64,000 bases of DNA from Callorhinchus milii (Eukaryota), in contig NW_024704742.1 in NCBI RefSeq assembly GCF_018977255.1, forward strand, positions 26,228,001-26,292,000, written 5' to 3'. How positions within the stretch are numbered: the first letter of the stretch is position 1; each line of letters opens with the position of its first letter. The notes below the pieces were generated by a model. That model saw nothing but the letters and a program-made list of their open reading frames with translations. It did not search any database and had not been told where the DNA came from. The position numbers were made by a program, and so were the translations under genes. Positions 1 through 12,091 of the stretch are shown in pieces.

Positions 1-890
1 CAGGCTTTGGGTTTAATCATGCACATCAGTCAGGTCTAAAGGGATTCACTCACAACTCGCCAACCTGATTTAATTTAATTTAATTGTCAGAGAGAACACC
101 ATCAGTATCTGGGCTGGATTTCAATCCAAATCTCAGGAGGGTAAGGCCAGCCATTTAGAGATTGCATCTCTCAGCCCTCTGAGTATAGAAACATTTCAAA
201 AATATTACAAGATAAACCTGTAATAGGTCAGCCACCTGTGTTTCACAAGTGTTACTGCATGGATTAGATCGAATGACAGTGACAAAGAATAAAGGTCAGA
301 GGGCTGAATTCACTCATGGTTTTAAGACTAGTAATCTAGAATTTAAGGTATGCAGAGTTTTGAAATTTCATATATTTAGACACAATTTGGAAGCTATTTT
401 TCTACAGTTGGAACAGTAGAAAAGCAGTTTTCTACAAAACGCACAGCCACCGCACATTACAGTAAATCATTTGAAGTGTTTTTAGATGTCCTCCCAAAGG
501 AAAAGGTGCTACATCAAATGCAAGGATTATTATTAATAATCTATTAAGAGTGAATTTAAGAATATTCCAAAATGTTGCACGATCTTAAGCTTTAAGACAA
601 TGGTCTTTTCAGGCCCTGGTTGTTTGCACACTGACAAACTCTGCTCTCTAGACAGAATTTGTCACACAATAACATGCTTTCCCAACCATTGGTATCAACC
701 AGAACAATGACTAGTAGTATCACTGGTTAGCTCAGTTGGTAAACGCATCACTAATATAAAACCAAGCCACACAGATCCTTAGCAGTGCTCTGAGATGCTA
801 TCTTGTGTGAATGGTGCTATATAAAAGCAAGCTGTTGTTGTTGTTGAGCATCCCAGATTTAATCCCCATTCTATGAAGGACAGGACTAAC

Positions 891-1233
891 ATAATAATAA
901 TCCTTGCATTTGATATAGTGCCTTATTATGCCTTCGAGACGACTCAAAGCCTTTCGCAGAATATACTGTAAAGTGAATTAACTGTATATTTTATGGGCGA
1001 AACACGGCAGCCAATTGCGCACAGCAGTGTCCCACAAAACCTTGTGGATTGAGTGATCAAAATTTTTTTAAGGGACTATTACCACGGAAAAGCGATCCAC
1101 CAATCATACTGCTAGGTAAACAGAGGTGTGTGGAGTAAGAAAGCTTTCCCAACGTTTCGCTTTGCCTGGGAATCGAACCCAGATCCTCTCGCTTGCTAGG
1201 CGAATGTGCTAACCACTATGCGAAAGGATTCCA
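891..1233 (-). mobile_element. tRNA-derived SINE (chimaera SINE2-like), long variant
   Basis: Reverse complement has a tRNA-like head (B-box GGTTCGATTCCC), the core GGGAAAGCTTTCTTACTCCACAC, and the 3' tail TATATCAAATGCAAGGATTATTATT shared with the other copies in the window. Confidence 0.85.
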
Positions 1234-2215
1234 CTTCAACTTCAAAAGATCACTCACAGCAGGCAGGACTGTGTGGGGCATGTTCTCAGAAGGGTGGTAG
1301 TCAGCATTGGCTACACATGACCTGTAGATTAAAGATGGACTGGAATCCACAATGTTTCCCCTTTGACTGGAAAGAGAGTCCAGAAGACCAGGATGCAAAC
1401 CTAAAATTAAACAGGTCATCAATTTTTGAAATATACACCAAGTGAAAAATGCAAGATATGATAATTATCATCAAATCACCAATACTAATAGGCAATAATT
1501 GTCACAAGGATACAGAAATGCAGTCATTTTTCCCCACTCTCTGAAACTCCATCCCAGAATCCCTCCAACTGTCCTTTCAGTTACCTTTCTCTACCCTCAG
1601 CTCAGGCTCTCCATTAGCTGTGTGAAACCCTTTGAGGTATCCTCCCGACGTGAACATATACATTTATTGTTCTTGTTCTTATAAATCTGTCATTAATAGC
1701 AACTTTTGGACTGAACACTTTCTTTTCCACATCATTTGTAGGATAGCTTCACATTCCCACGCTTTCAGAATTTTTAATACATTTTTTTTCATCTAAAGCC
1801 ATTTTTCCTGGCCCAGTGCAGCATTTGAACTTTTAAAATGAATGTGTAAATTCTTTTTGAGACTGTACATGGGTGAAATAAGTTTGAATCGTTATGTTCT
1901 TAGCCCCACTATAAAATAAACTGAAAGATCAGTAAAAAGCCTGAGGAAGAAACCCTTCTCCCTACGTTTTGTGGGTGCTCAGGCCCAAATTTGTCATTAA
2001 GCACAATTCTCCATCTATAAACCATTCTTTAACTCTTTCTGGTTATAATAAAGGAACCAAATGAGTTTAGGAATATCGCAATTTTGACCCCAATATTTTT
2101 GAATGCTTTGGCTAACCTTGGTCAGGATTTGCAGCTGAGATTCCACTAATCTTCATGTTCCCCTAGAACGAAGGAACACAAGTTGGTCAGAGAAAATTAG
2201 TATTACAATCCTAAA

Positions 2216-2422
2216 TCAGGTTTCATTTAGGGATAACATTTGCAGCATTCCTGAAAGCTGCCCGTAGGTGCTTCCCTCTGCAGTTAAGTGGAGGATTTCT
2301 CTTGAAGGACCTACTGGCACCCTTTTACTAGACTCTGAAGTGAGTTCCTTTATTTTATAAGTATTAGGCTCGAATTCGGCTCTAGGTTCTTTTTTGATTA
2401 ATATTGGATTCCCAGGGTTCAT
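2216..2422 (-). CDS. C4orf50: C4orf50-like, putative terminal exon (MNPGNPILIKKEP...LSLNET*)
   Basis: Acceptor ttttggctcttctatgcag, phase 0 matching the upstream donor at 3004; open to TGA at 2216-2218. No recognisable homology, so tentative. Confidence 0.4.
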   Translation of the reverse strand: MNPGNPILIKKEPRAEFEPNTYKIKELTSESSKRVPVGPSREILHLTAEGSTYGQLSGMLQMLSLNET

Positions 2423-3003
2423 CTGCATAGAAGAGCCAAAATCTTCCCTCTCCCTGGTCAGGAAAATTAACTTTAATCAACAAGGCAGGCAGCCTCTTGG
2501 GTGAAATCGATCCCTAAATGCCAAGAAGAGAATTGGTTTCAGCCTTTCTATGCAGATTAACTGTGGCGGCTTTCAGGATCATGGTCGTTGAATTAAATCG
2601 TGCAATTTCAGGCCCAAACTAGTTATAATAATAATAAACTAGTTCTGCAATTTGTGCGGTGATCTCCACAACCCTAATGTCTCTGATCAAGCTCATTCTT
2701 TCCCCATGAACACAAGACTGTGATAATATGAGCCAATGCAGTCGAACATTTTCACAAAGTAAATCCTGTGGGTACCAGGACTGGCTGACTCATTAAAATG
2801 GAATAGAATTTGAGCAAAAAGTCTAAATGGAGGATAACCAGCAGCAGATTTTAAAAAAGAACTAAAGAACATGGGTTTGGGGAAAGGGCAGGGACTGAAA
2901 GGATTCTCTTTAAAAGAGCCAGCATACACACAAAGGCCTTCTTCTGCGCTGTAAATTTCTGTGATTTCTATGGAATATTAGTAGGAATGTCTCGGGCTCA
3001 TAC

Positions 3004-3186
3004 CAGTTGGCTGTACGAGGGCAGGAAGGTCCTCGTGTACTCCAGCACTGCAGTGTCATTCAGCAGATCCTCAGCCTCTTCCATCAGGCCCATATTGATA
3101 AAGCCACATCCACAGAGCCCCTTCACCAGCTTTATGATCAGGCTGTTCCTGTCGTGGCATTTCTGAATAAGGCAGGACACTTTGGC
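3004..3186 (-). CDS. C4orf50: C4orf50-like exon, DUF4527-type core (AKVSCLIQKCHDRNSLIIKLV...DLLNDTAVLEYTRTFLPSYSQL)
   Basis: ag|GCC...CTG|gtatg, 183 nt, phase 0/0. Resembles the recalled human C4orf50 C-terminus AKxASLVxKCxERNxLITHLLQEL...MLNDVALAEYTATFL. Confidence 0.88.
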
Positions 3187-3389
3187 CTGCAATTGAAACC
3201 ACAGCAAACGGGAGAATATTGAGTGTATTGGTCAATGAGAGTCTTTTAGTCTCTATACTTACGGTAACACTCATAGCCAAACAGAAAAGAGAAATAGGAA
3301 ATTGAAAGATAACTTAATTTTGTCTATTGTTTTTTGACAAATCAGTTTATCGGGAGAAGAATCACCAAAGATCCAAAAACTGTCCGGGG

Positions 3390-3920
3390 GTGTGAGGAGG
3401 TGGGGGCAAGAGATAAGCAGAGTTGGAGCTGAACTGGCTCTAAAGGTGATATGCTTGGCAAAAGAATGTTTTATTTATGTGTTGTCTCAGTTGTTTTGTT
3501 CCTGAGCCAGGCGAATACTCCAGGGCACTGCTGATGACACCTCAGCCAGTCTGGCTCATCTGTAGGTTTTAGAGGAACAGACCACTCAGCTCCCGTTAAC
3601 CCTGCAAGCCAAAGACCTAACGGATAGAGTGACGTTCGCTGAACAAGCAGCAGGATGCTTGCCAGAGAGTACTCTCAACAGCAAGCTACGCAGTTTTAAC
3701 TGGTTAGATTGCAGCAGTACCCCAACACTCACTTACTTTGGGTTTTGTCAACCTGCACCTAATGCTCTCTGGAACTAGGTAAACAGGGTGCATCCCTTCA
3801 GTGTGTGTATTCCACTCTCTGTGTCTATTCCAGACATAGGATATTTTTCACATGTAGGTGGCATGCATATGTGAAACATTGTCTGGTTTGGATACTCTTA
3901 AGCATGGTGACATGTTTCAG
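3390..3920. repeat. Unclassified old dispersed repeat, copy 1
   Basis: Collinear similarity to 35910-36410, e.g. ggagctg.a.tggctc...atgcttggcaaa.gaatgtt and cctgagccagg...actcca.ggcactgctgat.ac. Confidence 0.65.
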
Positions 3921-3973
3921 ACAAAACAAAGACTCACCAACTGTTAAAATTGTTTAAGGAATCTGGGTGCTAC

Positions 3974-4030
3974 CTTTAATGGAGCTACAAGCAGTTCAGC
4001 TTCTGTTTTTCTCTTTCCCATCTTTTCAAA
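3974..4030 (-). CDS. C4orf50: C4orf50-like exon (FEKMGKRKTEAELLVAPLK)
   Basis: ttctcttcag|TTT...AAG|gtagc, 57 nt, phase 0/0. Resembles recalled human LxELQKKQHEAKLAVTPLK. Confidence 0.85.
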
Positions 4031-4766
4031 CTGAAGAGAAAACAAATATCATTTAATATCTGATTTTATCCTAACTTAGCCTTTATTGTGCAATTTGTAC
4101 TGTCAACGCACACATCAGAAAGAATGAATTAAGAATTAATTTCAAACTGCTGCCTCCTAGATTTAACATTATTGAAACTGTTGTCACATTTCAAATTATT
4201 CATTGACCACTGCAGTGAAAAATGGACCCTGTGTGATGTAATAAATAATATTGCTCTAAAACCATTTATTACTTATAGTCCAGTCCATTAATGTAACCCC
4301 CAACCCCCCATGAAAGTTTCTATAGCCACCTTTATTGTTCCACACATGGAAGAGTTTAGGGATATTAGTTTCGCTCAATCAAACTGTTCTGACAATAAGC
4401 AGGTCAATGTAATAATTATCTCCAGTGCTGGCAATCAACCATGTCACATTTTCTCCCAATTACCCTCGAACATCTGGACTGATCCATGATCTACAGTATG
4501 TTATGTTTGAGCCAATGCTGCTATTTCCTAATTTACACACACTTTTGGAATAATGTCCTGAACACTTTGGTGGCTTACTTTTTGGCCTTCTCCAAAGCAT
4601 TTAATTGGATCTGGCACAGTGCTATCGTATGATCTATCACCAAAGTTATGTTCACGGTTAATTACGGTTCTCCACAATTTCATTTTAGCATTGACTGAGC
4701 TCCATAATCAGGTTTGGGGCTCTAAGATTGACAGGCTGTCTTAACTGTTTGGTGTTCAGTGGTTAC

Positions 4767-4889
4767 CTCTCTCTTCATCAGCTCAGAACTTGCTTTCAGC
4801 TCCTGTGCTTTACAGCTCCATTCTTCCAAGGCACAAAGTTGTTCTTTCAATTGGGAATTGTTTTCTCTTAGACTTACTTCAACCTTAGA
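4767..4889 (-). CDS. C4orf50: C4orf50-like exon (SKVEVSLRENNSQLKEQL...ELMKRE)
   Basis: ttctgtgtag|TCT...GAG|gtaacc, 123 nt, phase 0/0, coiled-coil composition. Confidence 0.75.
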
Positions 4890-5692
4890 CTACACAGAAC
4901 ACTGAGTCAGCATACATTACAGTATTCTCACTGGATCACAGCAGAGGTCAAGATTCAACATTTGTACCAGCAAGTCACGGATGGAGCGTTTTGTCTGGTA
5001 GCCAGACGTGTATTACACTGACCAACAGGAAATCTGCTCCGACACTCTTGAACATAAGTGTTGCAGGCCTCCCAGGGGTCAGCTTGATGCACAACCAGTT
5101 ACCATCAGAAGATGTTATTTGTAACATCCTGTTGCAAACATTGCACTTCTAACCCGTCATTGTGCTTTACAAAATATCACGTCTCCCATAAAGCTGTTGA
5201 AAAGTGAGCGTTGACCACTTTGATCAAACGTATCCAGATTAATGCTGGACACATGCAAATACTAACGGCTGATGCAGCCTCTTAATTTGATTTGAGATTT
5301 GAACCCTCGCTCGGTCGATGGCGGTTACCAGGAACTCCCTGCGAGCTTCTTGATGAGCAACACAGCTCAGCATGAAATATGCGAGAGCATCGTCACCATC
5401 CTCCTATCCATAGCTCGGAAACACATCCCTTCCCATTGAGCGATTAATCCACCAGTTGGGGGTGTGGAGTTTAAGCAACATCTGATTCCCTCTCTGTATA
5501 CCAATCCCAATCTAATAGCTGGGAGAAACCATGGCAGATTGGCAGAATATGCTGCCATCTGGTGGACATAAAATGTTAAACACCAAATGATCACACATTC
5601 TTGTAATAATTAGAGCCAATGAGAGTTAACAAATAGTGATAATTATCACATTGAAGAGTTTAAAAGCTAAACGTTTACCCCCACATTATTAC

Positions 5693-5845
5693 CTTCTCAT
5701 CAAATTGGTTTTGGAGGATCCCCAGCTGCTGTTCTAATTGCTGCAGTCTCCTCTGTAGAATGGTCTGATCTTTGAGACAAGACCTCAACGCCAGTATCTG
5801 CTGCTGAAGTGCCAGCTCTTGTCTTGTGCAGTTCATCGTATCGTT
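5693..5845 (-). CDS. C4orf50: C4orf50-like exon (NDTMNCTRQELALQQQILALRSCLKDQTILQRRLQQLEQQLGILQNQFDEK)
   Basis: cattccaaatag|AAC...AAG|gtaat, 153 nt, phase 0/0. LQQQILALRSCLKDQ resembles recalled human LHHQVLTLQCQLRDQ. This is a different frame from ORF-track 5700..5993. Confidence 0.8.
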
Positions 5846-7099
5846 CTATTTGGAATGATGAAGTCAAATAGATTTTTTTTTCCCTCTCATTCATCGCGTT
5901 TCTCCTCTTCCAGTGAAACCTGTGCTCACAACCACCCGAGCAAGTCAAGTCACCTCTCTGGCAGGGCAAGCCCGGCCTGAGCCTAATGACCAAGCTCTCA
6001 AGCTAGCTCTACGTTTCTGTATCTCTGCTTCCTCTTGTGAGGGCAGATTAAATTCCTTAGGTCGGACGTACTGCGATACCAATCCCAAACAATAGAGGGT
6101 CAAAAGCATAGCTGTTGACAGGTGCTCAATCCTTCCATAAAACAGCCATGTGCAAATTGGGCCATGTTCATCTATAAATATACATTTACTACACTTGACT
6201 CCAATTCCCTGTCAAGCGCATGCCACAGATAGACAAGGTCACATTAGGGTTAAGGTGTATTCTCATCAATCATCAAACATTTGGGGTTTTATTACATTAG
6301 AAAAATAACATTGAAAGTCACTCCTTTCCCTTACCAAAAACAGTCAATGATAACAATAATCCTTGTAATCACGATAGAATTTTAACATATTGTCGGGACA
6401 TCACAAAACTCTTCACAGAATGTTGTATACTGAAAAGTGGTGTGACCGTGTGTATTTTTTGTGGGCAAAGATAGAATAAAAGAAGAAAAGTAGAACAGGA
6501 ATAAAGAAACGACAGGGTAAAATTTCACTGGACTTCTTGTTTATATTTATTTAGGGGGTTAGGATTTATCTTATAATAATAAGACATGCTAGTCGATTGG
6601 TGGATTGCTTTCCGGCGGTAATAATCCCCTCAAACGAATAATAGTAAATCGGTCACTCAATCCACGACTGTTTGTGACACACTGCTGTGTGTAATTGGCT
6701 GCCATGTTTCACCTACAAAATACACTTTACAATGTTGACGTTTTTCAAACCCTCCAGGCTAAGTATATATTTATTTCATTTCTGTTTTCTCACGTCTTCC
6801 CTGACCTCTTCCTTTGCCACCCCGTCCACCATCTCTCTCGCTCTCTGACTTTGGTATCAAACAAAACCATGAGTGTCATTCCCTCTCTCTCCCCTTTGTG
6901 CTGCCTCCCCTAGCCCCGTCATGCCTGTGGGCTGACCATGTCCCACTCTTCTCTTGATCTCCGCGTGCGAGTTTTGGTTGCAACCCTGACTCAAGCTGCA
7001 CCCCCATCCCCCCGAAAATTCTCCCTCTTCTACTCCCCACTCTCCGCTACTCCCAATCAGTCCTTCTCTTCCACCACTCTCCTCGCCTTATATCAATAT

Positions 7100-7270
7100 C
7101 AATATCAAGGTTTATGGATGATTCCAAGCTTGAGTTTATAGTGAATAGTGAGGAAGATGGCAAAAGACTGCAGGAGGACTTTAAATAGATTAGCACATTG
7201 GGCAGATCAGTGACAGGTGAAGTTGAATGAAGCAAAATGTGACTTCTCATTTTGATAGTAAAAATCACTC
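7100..7270 (+). mobile_element. CR1 LINE RT fragment (degenerate)
   Basis: Encodes FMDDSKL (FADDTKL-like) followed by EEDGKRLQED. Confidence 0.55.
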
Positions 7271-7441
7271 CATTGTGAGTTTCAAGTGGGAAGTACACAG
7301 ATTTATGAAGGACAGAGGCTTTTGGAGATAAGGCAGGGCTGTGGATTTGAATGAACACCTTGCTCAAAGAGCCAGTACAGACTCAATGGGTTAGAAATAT
7401 GCCATAAATGTTATGATTCTAACTTGTTACTTTAATATTAC

Positions 7442-7549
7442 CTCAGTCCTGGGCTGCTTTACAGTTTTTAATGATACGTCTTCAGCTGTAAACATGGCCT
7501 CAGCTTGCATCAGACCACTTTGTTGAACTTTGTTTATCTCATCTTTTTC
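7442..7549 (-). CDS. C4orf50: C4orf50-like exon (EKDEINKVQQSGLMQAEAMFTAEDVSLKTVKQPRTE)
   Basis: tttctcttgaag|GAA...GAG|gtaata, 108 nt, phase 0/0, open frame. Confidence 0.65.
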
Positions 7550-8192
7550 CTTCAAGAGAAATGCAAGGATTTTTATTATTATTATTATAAAGAAGGTTTA
7601 CTTAGTACCATTGTATGTTCATTTATAGTGACAATGCACTAAACCCCCAGCTAAATGCTAATCCTAATCCCTAACATTTAAAATGAATAAAAAAGAATTT
7701 TAAATAAATGAAATAGACATAAAGAAAAACAAAAATAGCTATAGTTCTCTAATCACCACTGATGTGATGTAGCTCTGTTAATGCCATTAGCTAAACACAT
7801 CACCTGTGTCGAACTGTGGGCACCACATGGGATGGTGGGAGTTTTGAAACACAGATTTTTGGGGGACCTAGTCCCAAAAAATTCTGAATTCTGCATATGT
7901 GGAGTCTAGCTAAGCAAGGGTTTACTACTGTAGTTTCTTTTAAAAGTAAGCACCAAATACTCGTGAAGCACTTTGAGATGCTTTTGACGCGTTAGGGTGC
8001 TGTCAAGCCAGTCTTTCGTGGGCCCTTCACTTTTTTTTGATTCCATTCATCAAAAGGGTAAAATTGAAAATAATTTACCTTTTAAAAAGCCAGACTGCAA
8101 TTGAATGACGGTTTTTTAGCCCTAGATTGAAAAGAAATGTTGCGTTTTTTTTCCAATTATCCAACCCTTTTTTTGCTGCTGATTCTCCTTAC

Positions 8193-9805
8193 CTGAGCAG
8201 CACATTCCAGTTGTTCAGTTTTGTCACAGTGATAAAGAGCTTCTGGAGCAGCACCATTCACAACCAAGCCTTCTGCTGAGCACCGTCTCACCCCCTCTCC
8301 GATTAGTTTGGCCACACATTCTTCCTGCTGCGATCCCTTATTAGACCCCAGCTTTGAATCGTCAGTAGGTCCTCCAATGTCTTTCACTATAGGTGACTCT
8401 GTCAATCCATCATTAAATCCATACTTCTGCCTTGCCAGACCTTTGCTCAATGAAAATATTTGTTCAGTTTTGAATACTGTCTCCCCATCTTCTTTTACCA
8501 AAGAAGTATCCTGCAGTGATTGCTTATTTGGTTGCTCGAGAATCTCAGCAGATTCCACCAATTTGTCTTTTTCATCAGTTATTTCCACATTCATTTCTTC
8601 AATTTGATTTTCATTCAATCTCATCAATTTGCTGTTTACGTGCTCCAAACGGTTCAGTTTGTGCTGCAGGGCAGTGATTTGAGTAAGATACTGTTCTGCT
8701 TTGCTTTCTAATATATTGACCTTCTCTGAAAGCTCCTCGTTCTCTCCTTTCAACAGTTGCACATTTCGATGACCAACCTCTGCCTTCTCATTCTCAAGCC
8801 TGTTCATCTTGTTGAACAGTAGGTGATTATCTTGCTTTCCCTTTTCTATCTCTTCCTTCAGCCCTGTCATTGCATCAATAAGTATTTTATCTTCGCTTTC
8901 CAGCTCTGCTATTCTTTTCTTCAGTTTCTCATTTTGAGTACTCATTCCTTTAGCAGCCTGATGACATTCCAATATCTGCTGCGTATTTGCTCTCTGCACA
9001 GAGGCGAGCTGTTCTTCCAGTTTCTGCTTCTCCTCTGCCAGCATCGAAAAGTTCTGTAAAGCGTTCTGATTCTCTTCCTGTAACTCTACCTCCATTTTCC
9101 TCCGCTCATTTTCCAGCTTTGCTATTCTATTTAGCAGCTCCTTGTTTGTCTTCTCCAGCACTTCATTCTCCTTTCTCAAGTTGTTCTTCATCGTTTCTTC
9201 TTCCTTCATCTTTTCTTGCGTCACCGCATCAAGTTTCTCAGACAAATTGTGACTTGACTTTCTGTAGCGCACAGTTTTTTCTCCAGTTCACTTCTTTCTG
9301 CAGTTGTCTTGAGTAGCAGGCTGTTTTTGCCTTGCAAATGTTGGTCCAGCTCTGCTTTCTCTGTCTGCAGCTTTTGTATTTCAGCTTCAAGTGTGGTGAT
9401 GGTGCCTTTGAATGCCATGACCTCTGTGCTGGAGGATTCTCTTTGCATGTTGAGCTGTGACCTTGACAAAGCGTGACCATCAGGCTCACTATTGTCACAA
9501 CTGCTATACGTGTGTAGAGATGTGCTGCTTGACTTTGCGCCAGGGACTTTCTGATTGGCAAGCTCCAGTACAGCAGCCTGTGGTTGACTGGAATTGGGAT
9601 CCATTGTAACAACAGCATGACGTGTTATTTCATTGGGGTTAATTATGTCATCTCCATACTTCGTATTCTCCTGCTCTATCTCACTAGTACCCAGTTTTTC
9701 AGCCATGGATGAAGAGTTATCCTCCCTTGCTAATTGTTCTCTTTCAAGGTCCAACAATCTGGACAGCTCTTTTTGAGTCCCAGGTCTTTTAAGGACAACT
9801 CTGAC
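8193..9805 (-). CDS. C4orf50: C4orf50-like large coiled-coil exon containing a 1-nt frameshift near 9252
   Basis: ctttgtccatag|GTC...CAG|gtaagg, 1613 nt. Spans ORFs 9221..9757 and 8157..9272, which overlap in different frames; adding one base restores 538 codons, phase 0/0. Confidence 0.75.
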
Positions 9806-10869
9806 CTATGGACAAAGTGATGATAAACATGTACTGCTCAGTGAGTGGAAGTACATTCTAAATAATTGTAAATCAATTAATCAGTTAAGTCTTATAACTT
9901 CTTAAAAGCACATGAGGGCCACCCCCCCCCCCACCAGGTGAATTTTGCAAGATGTGTAAAACGTGTAAACTCATTACAGGTGCCCTTACTTATCTAATTA
10001 ATAAGTGAAACAAACTGGTATTTAAATTACAATAATTAATAAATGATATTGTCAAAATAAGCTTGCGTTTTCAGGAGTTAGTGCAGATTCTTCTGATGGT
10101 CCTTTGGGCCCTCCCTCCTGGGAGAGGAGCTCAAAACAGACTGTGCTCAAACATTCACCTACAAAGGATCTAAACTTTACAGCAAATCCAAGAGGTGCTT
10201 TGTAATGTCCTCCAATGTGAAAGGTATTATATGAAATTAAAAAAATTCTTACTATAGACATGACCTCAAAGCCCTAATGAATAGGATGGTCCTAGCTGGA
10301 CAGGTACTGTGTTGTGTGATCAATTGCTCAAAGTCCCATTGACATACAATTTCTTAAAGGTACACGAGGGACATCATTGTGGTGCTCATTCTTTATCTAT
10401 GAGCCTGAACAGTGATGGTCAGCAAGTGAAGCAACTGGTGGTGGGGGGAAGGGGAGGAAATCACATGTGAACCTAATCCTGTCCTCACTTCACACCACAC
10501 ATACACATAGGAGAGTGATCAGGAGCACAGTACAGCACACATCATGGGACAGTGATGTCAGCACAACCAAAACACTATCCTCCGTGAAGGGCGTGATATA
10601 AATCAAGCTGTTGTTGCTGTTTTAGTAATCAGCAAATTAAACTCTTGTCTGTTCCTTCCCCAATCTAGGATACTTGTTCAACTCTTATCTTAACCCATCT
10701 GACATTAGCTAGTTTAGTACAGACTGGTGTTCAAACCTGAATTTTCCTGTATTCTGTGTCCATTCCACATAAGGATTAACCCCACCCCAAGCCTTGAATC
10801 ATCAGAGAAGAAGCATCATATTGGTTGATGCAATACACAACCAAAACACGCAAACAAATCTTTACAAAT

Positions 10870-11025
10870 AGAACCATAAAATCATAGAATTATACAGCAC
10901 AGAAGGAGGCCATTCAGCCCATCGTGTCTGCGTCGGCTCTTTGAAAAGAGTTATCCAAATCAGTCTCACTCCCCCACACTCTCCCCATAGCCCTGCAAAC
11001 TTGTCCTCCCTAAATAATTATCTGA
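10870..11025 (-). mobile_element. CR1-type LINE 3' tail fragment
   Basis: Reverse complement of the tail ...GAATGGCCTCCTTCTGTGCTGTATAATTCTATGATT; the same tail occurs at ~25790-25945 (+) and ~33740-33878 (+). Confidence 0.65.
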
Positions 11026-11082
11026 ATAGTTGAAGTTAATGAAGTACATTCAGTAATGACCAATAGAAGAGACTTTCTTCAC

Positions 11083-11222
11083 CTGCTCCACATCACCGCA
11101 TCTAAGAGCCTGCATCATCTCTGCCAATGGAGAGGAATGTGATTCCAGCAGTGGTGTAAGACGACCTTCCTTGATAGCCTCTGAGAATTTCGGGTAATCG
11201 TAAATACATTCCGAAGCCAACT
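11083..11222 (-). CDS. C4orf50: C4orf50-like putative exon (LASECIYDYPKFSEAIKEGRL...CGDVEQ)
   Basis: gttctacttaacag|AG...CAG|gtgaag, 140 nt, phase 1 in / 0 out. Pairs with the phase-1 donor at 11363. Confidence 0.55.
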
Positions 11223-11362
11223 CTGTTAAGTAGAACACAAATATGTGGTTTATTTGACTTGTGCCATCTTAAGAGCAAAGCACACTCTTATTGGATAGAC
11301 AGTAGCATTTAAACAAGCAGAAAGGTCAATCTGAGCATGTAAAGCTGTGTGTAACACCGTAC

Positions 11363-11492
11363 TTGCAATGATCATGGCCTCTTGAACACACTGCCCTATG
11401 GAGGGTGTCTGAATCGCCTTGTTACGAGATGGATCCAGCAGAGATGTCCATTTGTCCCTCAGCAACTCTTCTCGAAACAAGATATCCCCGTT
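11363..11492 (-). CDS. C4orf50: C4orf50-like putative exon (NGDILFREELLRDKWTSLLDPS...AMIIA)
   Basis: cttggttccacgtag|AAC...GCA A|gtacgg, 130 nt, phase 0 in / 1 out. Confidence 0.45.
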
Positions 11493-12019
11493 CTACGTGG
11501 AACCAAGATGCCCGAGTTTAGTATTTGATTTCAGAGTTGAAAGATGATGTTCCAGCACTGAAATTATCGACTACAAATCAATATAACTAAACAAAAATAA
11601 AGGAACAAAAACGTCATTCTCCCCCTTTCTCCATCCTGCCCCAAGCCCATATCCATCTGCTCTTCACTGAATGGAGAATAGATGCAAAGGCTCCAAGACT
11701 CTGTCCCTTGTGAAGGGTGCAATCGCACTTCTGGTAACCACTGACCATGGGGCACTCATGATAAAAGCGGACCGGCACTCTAGCAAGACTTTTAATTATG
11801 AGGTCACCCTGTAAACGTTGGAGTCCATAACCTAGCCACCTTACAACTGAAGCAGCTCTGTATTGAATGGTGTTATAATAAGGTTCACCTGCAGTTAGTT
11901 AGAACAGTATTTTGTGCCAGTCTTACGGGTATATGTTAAGTATGTGGACAACAAGATACAAAATACATTTGTGTTGTGTCAAGCAGGAAGTAATCTACAA
12001 AGCCAATGTATTATTTTAC

Positions 12020-12091
12020 CTGGAGCTGAGATCGTAAGTGGCTCAAAGAGTTCTTCAAGTCTCTGTATCTGCTGGGAGAGCTCTGCTCCTC
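12020..12091 (-). CDS. C4orf50: C4orf50-like exon (EEQSSPSRYRDLKNSLSHLRSQLQ)
   Basis: tttgtttcctttcacag|GAG...CAG|gtaaaa, 72 nt, phase 0/0. Confidence 0.7.

Noticed and set aside
1262..2162. Additional 3' C4orf50 exons at ~2117-2162 and ~1262-1321
   Set aside because: Splice phases are incompatible (joining gives an immediate stop) and no homology is recognisable.
5700..5993. ORF-track 97-aa minus-strand ORF as a C4orf50 exon
   Set aside because: The homologous, splice-consistent frame is different (5693-5845).
10067..10117. Extra C4orf50 exon EGGPKGPSEESALTPEN
   Set aside because: The acceptor is plausible, but the only in-frame donor is a weak C|gcaagc.
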